Assembly (NCBI GenBank): GCA_963666835.2
Contig: CAXXGO010000001.1
Location: forward strand, 1,120,001 to 1,184,000
From: Phycisphaerae bacterium
Lineage (GTDB): Bacteria > Planctomycetota > Phycisphaerae > UBA1845
DNA: 64,000 bases
Reading direction: 5' to 3'
Positions 60,050 through 64,000 of the stretch are shown here, piece by piece (positions within the stretch are counted from its first letter, which is position 1; each line of letters starts with the position of its first letter). Position numbers and translations under genes: made by a program. The notes beneath the pieces were generated by a model. It was not told the origin of the DNA and did not search any database. It saw only the letters and a list, made by a program, of their open reading frames with translations.

Positions 60050-61329
60050 ATCTCGATTCCCAGCGGAGCGTATTCGTTAATGAGGCGGGCGATCCCGTCA
60101 TTATCTCCAAGGTACCTTACCCGCATTCGTTCGGCGGTGGTACCTAACGAAGGCAGCCTGGTGGCGGCCCGATCTACGATTCCCAGAGCGGCGGCAAAAT
60201 CTTCAAACGATGTCGAGCTCCGGCCGGCCGCGACGGCAATGTAGCGCGTCAACCAGCCCGAGGCCGCTATGGCGAGCCACAGCGCGGTCAGTCCGCTGAA
60301 TACCGGCCAGCCGTAGAAGCCCTCGCCGAACACCGATCGCCCGGCGATGCGGGCGGTCAGATAGCGGTTAACCAGGTCCCGAGTCGGGATGAGTGCGTCT
60401 GCGGAGGTTACAGTCGCCTCTATTTCAGCGAACTGAACGGCAGCTTGGTACCCCGGTAAGGGAGGCACGGTGCCGGTGCCGCGCAGGAAGCTGCCGGCCT
60501 TGCGGACTTGCCGGAACCGTTTAGCGAACCGCGCTCCGAACCATGAGCGAAGCTCAGCTAAGGTAAGGTGTTCGGAATGGGCGAACGCCAACTGTCGAAG
60601 CATGCCGCGTTGCCTATCCGTCGGGGGCTCGGGCGTCTCGCAAAGCGCGGCCCGCAGAGACTGGAACAGCAGATTGAGCAACTCTGTGAAACGGGGACCG
60701 CGGACGTTCTTCAAGGTGGCTTGCTGCAACGTCGTTGTCACTCGGGCCGCGCCGATCAGTCGGTTCATCAGCGGGATATCTTGGCGCTTGAGCCAGCGAG
60801 TGTACCGGTTCAGTACGGCGTCGGTTTCTTCGGGCGCAGCTCGTAGACCTCGTTGCAGGTTATCCGACTCGTCGCGGACCGGGGGGCGGTGTTCGATATG
60901 CGTTACTAACTCGCTGAGCCACGCGTGGTATTGACCAATCGGCCGGCCTTCTGACGAGGCGGAGTTAGGGCAATCGAATCTGAGCGAGGCCTGCCACCCG
61001 AGAGGAATCGGGCGGACCGAAAACGGGAATACGCGGCACGCGAACGGCTTGCCCTCTTCGCCGAACTCTGCGTGGATACGACAGCGGCCGTCGTCGTCGA
61101 GGAACACGCAACTTCCGTCGGGGTGTTTGTTGATTACGTGGCCGCGGCCGGCGCGGACATAGGGCCGGACGTCCAGTCGTTCCTTCCAACCCTGGCTATC
61201 GAGCCGTGCTCGGTCTTCCGCGAACAGGTGGGCGACGAGGACCCGACAGCATTGCCCGCACGCGCTGCACGACCAACACTGTCCCGGCACGACGGGAATA
61301 GCCACCGGCATTGACCGAGACGCGCTCAT
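60046..61329 (-). CDS. YkgJ/CxxCxxCC cysteine-cluster protein (FliB-like)
   Basis: CSACGQCC...CVFLDDDGRCRIH...KPFACRVFPF. Confidence 0.85.
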   Translation of the reverse strand: MSASRSMPVAIPVVPGQCWSCSACGQCCRVLVAHLFAEDRARLDSQGWKERLDVRPYVRAGRGHVINKHPDGSCVFLDDDGRCRIHAEFGEEGKPFACRVFPFSVRPIPLGWQASLRFDCPNSASSEGRPIGQYHAWLSELVTHIEHRPPVRDESDNLQRGLRAAPEETDAVLNRYTRWLKRQDIPLMNRLIGAARVTTTLQQATLKNVRGPRFTELLNLLFQSLRAALCETPEPPTDRQRGMLRQLAFAHSEHLTLAELRSWFGARFAKRFRQVRKAGSFLRGTGTVPPLPGYQAAVQFAEIEATVTSADALIPTRDLVNRYLTARIAGRSVFGEGFYGWPVFSGLTALWLAIAASGWLTRYIAVAAGRSSTSFEDFAAALGIVDRAATRLPSLGTTAERMRVRYLGDNDGIARLINEYAPLGIEI

Positions 61330-61370
61330 TCACAGGATTGTCCGACGAACTCCACGCCAACGCAACCAAA

Positions 61371-62143
61371 AAAAGGGGTCGGGAGTCTTTGTTGACATGC
61401 CCGAGGGGGTGTGGTAGGAACCGAGCATGCCAAGACGACCTCGAATGGCGATGGGTGGACTGGCGTATCACGTTCTGAACCGGGCGGTGGGGCGTGGTTC
61501 GCTCTTCGACAAGGCGGCCGACTACGAAGCGTTCGAGCAAGTGCTGGATCAGGCTTGGAGGCGGGTGCCGACACGGATCGCGTGCTACTGCCTTATGCCA
61601 AACCACTGGCACATGGTCCTGTGGCCGCGAGAGGACGGGGAGCTGTCGGAGTTCATGCGCTGGCTCACCGTGACGCACGCCCAGCGATGGCACGCCCACC
61701 ATGGCACGGCCGGGCGGGGTCCGATCTACCAAGGGCGGTTCAAGTCGTTCCCCATCCAGCAGGATGACCACTTTCTCAACGTGTGCCGTTATGTCGAGCA
61801 GAACGCCTTGCGGGCGAGTCTGACCGATAGGGCGGAGGACTGGAGATGGGGCAGCTTGTGGCGACGCCGCAACGTCAAGGCCGAGGGGCGGGCGTTTTTG
61901 CTATCGCCGTTGGACTGGCCGGTGCCTCCGCCGCGGAACTGGCTGGCGTTGGTGAACCGGTCCCAAACTGCGGGGGAGGTCGATGCGGTGCAGCGGTCGG
62001 TGCTGCGTGGGGCTCCGTTCGGCGACGAAGGATGGCAGAGGCGGACGGCCGCGCGGCTCGGATTGGACTCGACCTTACGACCACGAGGTCGCCCGAAGAT
62101 CGTCAAGCCCGAGCGTGGCCAATAAAGACTCCCGACCCCTTTT
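61371..62143 (+). mobile_element. Y1 transposase cassette bounded by perfect 20-bp inverted repeats
   Basis: aaaaggggtcgggagtcttt 61371-61390 / aaagactcccgacccctttt 62124-62143. Confidence 0.75.
61427..62125 (+). CDS. HUH/Y1 transposase, REP-associated tyrosine transposase (RAYT)-like
   Basis: YHVLNR, YCLMPNHWH, QGRFKS, YVEQN, WRWGS, RPRGRP. Confidence 0.9.
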   Translation: MPRRPRMAMGGLAYHVLNRAVGRGSLFDKAADYEAFEQVLDQAWRRVPTRIACYCLMPNHWHMVLWPREDGELSEFMRWLTVTHAQRWHAHHGTAGRGPIYQGRFKSFPIQQDDHFLNVCRYVEQNALRASLTDRAEDWRWGSLWRRRNVKAEGRAFLLSPLDWPVPPPRNWLALVNRSQTAGEVDAVQRSVLRGAPFGDEGWQRRTAARLGLDSTLRPRGRPKIVKPERGQ

Positions 62144-62159
62144 CTGGAGGAACGGATCG

Positions 62160-62780
62160 ATGGCTGAGGTGCTGGTTTCGGGATGGAATGGTGGTAATCG
62201 ATTCACCGTGTGGCTGCTGATTGCCGCGGTCGGATTCTGTGCGATGGGCGGGGGATGCGACACCAAGAACATCGGGCCAGGTCTCCTGCCGATCGGGGTA
62301 ACTGTCAGCTTCTCCTACCTTCCGGACGAGCCGACCGCCGGCGAGGAGGTGACGTTCTATGCCACCGCCACGACGGCCTCCGGGGTGATAACCGAGTACC
62401 AATGGAACTTCGGCGACAATGGATCCGACAGAGGGGATACGTCGACCACGACACATGTATACGCCGGCGCGGGGACGTATACGATTACGCTTACCGTGTT
62501 GGACGATAATGGGACTCCCGGCACTGCGACCAAGGTGATTACCATCGCCGAGGCGGATGGCGAGGAGACCACGTGCGAAGATTACGTAACTTACGTCAGC
62601 GACTTGCCGTGCAGCACCGAAGAGACCACCGAGGGTTTCGGTTGCCATGATAATCTGAGCGATTTCTGCACCGGGGTCGGACCGTTCTACCAGTGCCGGA
62701 TCGATAACACCTACTGCGACGACGACGGCAATCTGGTTATGGACATCGAACAGTGCGACGCGATCTTGGACTGTTCATAG
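62160..62780 (+). CDS. PKD domain putative lipoprotein
   Basis: GGAGG RBS; hydrophobic stretch then GGGC; YQWNFGD...HVYAGAGTYTITLTVLD. Confidence 0.82.
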   Translation: MAEVLVSGWNGGNRFTVWLLIAAVGFCAMGGGCDTKNIGPGLLPIGVTVSFSYLPDEPTAGEEVTFYATATTASGVITEYQWNFGDNGSDRGDTSTTTHVYAGAGTYTITLTVLDDNGTPGTATKVITIAEADGEETTCEDYVTYVSDLPCSTEETTEGFGCHDNLSDFCTGVGPFYQCRIDNTYCDDDGNLVMDIEQCDAILDCS

Positions 62781-63047
62781 GAGATAAGATTGATAGTCTC
62801 GGCTCAGCCGTTTACCGGCGGTGGAGACCTTCGGTCACGCTGCGAAAACGTCTCGCGAGACCCGGGGCGAAAGAACTGGAAAATCCTCGGAAGACGCGCA
62901 GAGGCCCGAATTGCTGATATCGGCGAGCACGCCATCCTCGGCCCCCTACGCTTGCAGGCTCTTACGGTATACCTCCCAGACCGCACGTCGGAAGTCGCGT
63001 GGTCTGTTGCGCTGGTTGGTCGGTATGTCTGATCGCGGTCTGTAAAC

Positions 63048-64000
63048 CTACTCGCACGCTACGGGTCTGTTGCGCCCGCTAAAACGGCCGAGGAAAAGGC
63101 CGTAATCGTGGAGATCGACGTCACTGTCCCCGCCGAAGTCCGCCACGTCGCATTCAGTCCCGGAGGGTGGGTTGCCCGGTCCGCTGTAACAACCCAGGAA
63201 GACTCCGAAGTCCGACAGGTCCACGTCTCCGTCCCGATCGAAATCGCCATCCACGTCTCCGTCCCGATCGAAATCGCCATCCACTAACGGGGGACACCCT
63301 GTCTCATCCACATGCGCTCCTGGGATAGTGTTCGGGCATGCGTCGCAGCCGTCGCCGACGTTATCCGCATCGCCGTCGGCCTGTGCTTCGTTGGGGAGAT
63401 ACGGGCAATTGTCGCACACGTCGCCAACGCCATCGCCGTCGAAGTCGAATTGCCAGGGATTGGAATCAACCGGGCAGTTGTCGCACGCGTCAGCGACCTG
63501 ATCCCCGTCGGTGTCCGCTTGGTCGGGATTCGGTTCAAACGGACAATTATCGCAGGCATTGCCGACATTGTCGCCGTCATAGTCCAACTGATGCAAGTTG
63601 TAGTCGTCGGGGCAGTTGTCACAGGCATCCGGCGTATTGTCTCCATCGCCATCGATATTGTCGTCGCCCAACGGACACACGTCGCAGGCGTCGGGCACGC
63701 CGTCTCCGTCGCCATCCAGGTTGTCGTCGAATCCCTCGCAGACGTCGCACGGGTCCCCGTGACCGTCACCGTCCCAATCGCTCTGGTCGGGATTAGCCAC
63801 CAGCGGGCAGTTGTCGCACCCGTCAGGCGCGAGGTCGCCATCAAAATCGACACTGTCATCAAAGCCGGGGCATCGGTCGCAAGCATCTCCCACGCCATCC
63901 GTGTCGTCGTCTTCCTGATTCGGGTTGGCGTCGTCGGGGCAGTTGTCGCAGGCATCCGGAGTATTATCTTCATCGCCGTCGACGTTATCGTCGCCCAGCA
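63048..64000 (-). CDS. Thrombospondin type 3 repeat protein with C-terminal dockerin-like domain (5' end outside window)
   Basis: DGDGVGD.CDNCP...NPDQ repeats; [13 protein letters not shown] / [13 protein letters not shown]; frame open to window edge. Confidence 0.88.
   Translation of the reverse strand, partial: LGDDNVDGDEDNTPDACDNCPDDANPNQEDDDTDGVGDACDRCPGFDDSVDFDGDLAPDGCDNCPLVANPDQSDWDGDGHGDPCDVCEGFDDNLDGDGDGVPDACDVCPLGDDNIDGDGDNTPDACDNCPDDYNLHQLDYDGDNVGNACDNCPFEPNPDQADTDGDQVADACDNCPVDSNPWQFDFDGDGVGDVCDNCPYLPNEAQADGDADNVGDGCDACPNTIPGAHVDETGCPPLVDGDFDRDGDVDGDFDRDGDVDLSDFGVFLGCYSGPGNPPSGTECDVADFGGDSDVDLHDYGLFLGRFSGRNRPVACE

Overview
GC-rich bacterial chromosomal window. Gene content (Cys/Asp-rich giant secreted proteins, DUF1570, DUF1579, CxxCGYxLxGN membrane proteins) points by inference to a planctomycete, probably Phycisphaerae. 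Housekeeping genes: tandem clpP pair, trpG/pabA, hemW, Ski2-like helicase, mtnA, purE, nnrD, larB, ileS, cysC, pssA-psd, tRNA-Pro(TGG), der, tnaA, rho, deoC. Notable accessory content: (1) an IS110-family (IS1111-type) element whose long downstream non-coding end holds two homologous modules with guide-like matches to its own ends and target, i.e. a candidate bridge/seek RNA; (2) a largely translationally coupled array of six small membrane proteins plus two stubs, with conserved C-terminal zinc ribbons, conserved junction DNA and unrelated middles; (3) a 2906-aa protein with about 40 disintegrin-like repeats and an FG-GAP propeller; (4) several secreted proteins sharing dockerin-like or unnamed domains; (5) a SelW/Rdx selenoprotein (CxxU) missed by the ORF track; (6) a Y1/RAYT transposase inside perfect 20-bp inverted repeats; (7) an IleRS with the swapped GVHH motif; (8) an orphan structured RNA candidate. 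No CRISPR array or rRNA seen. All assignments are by-eye motif recognition; no database search was run.
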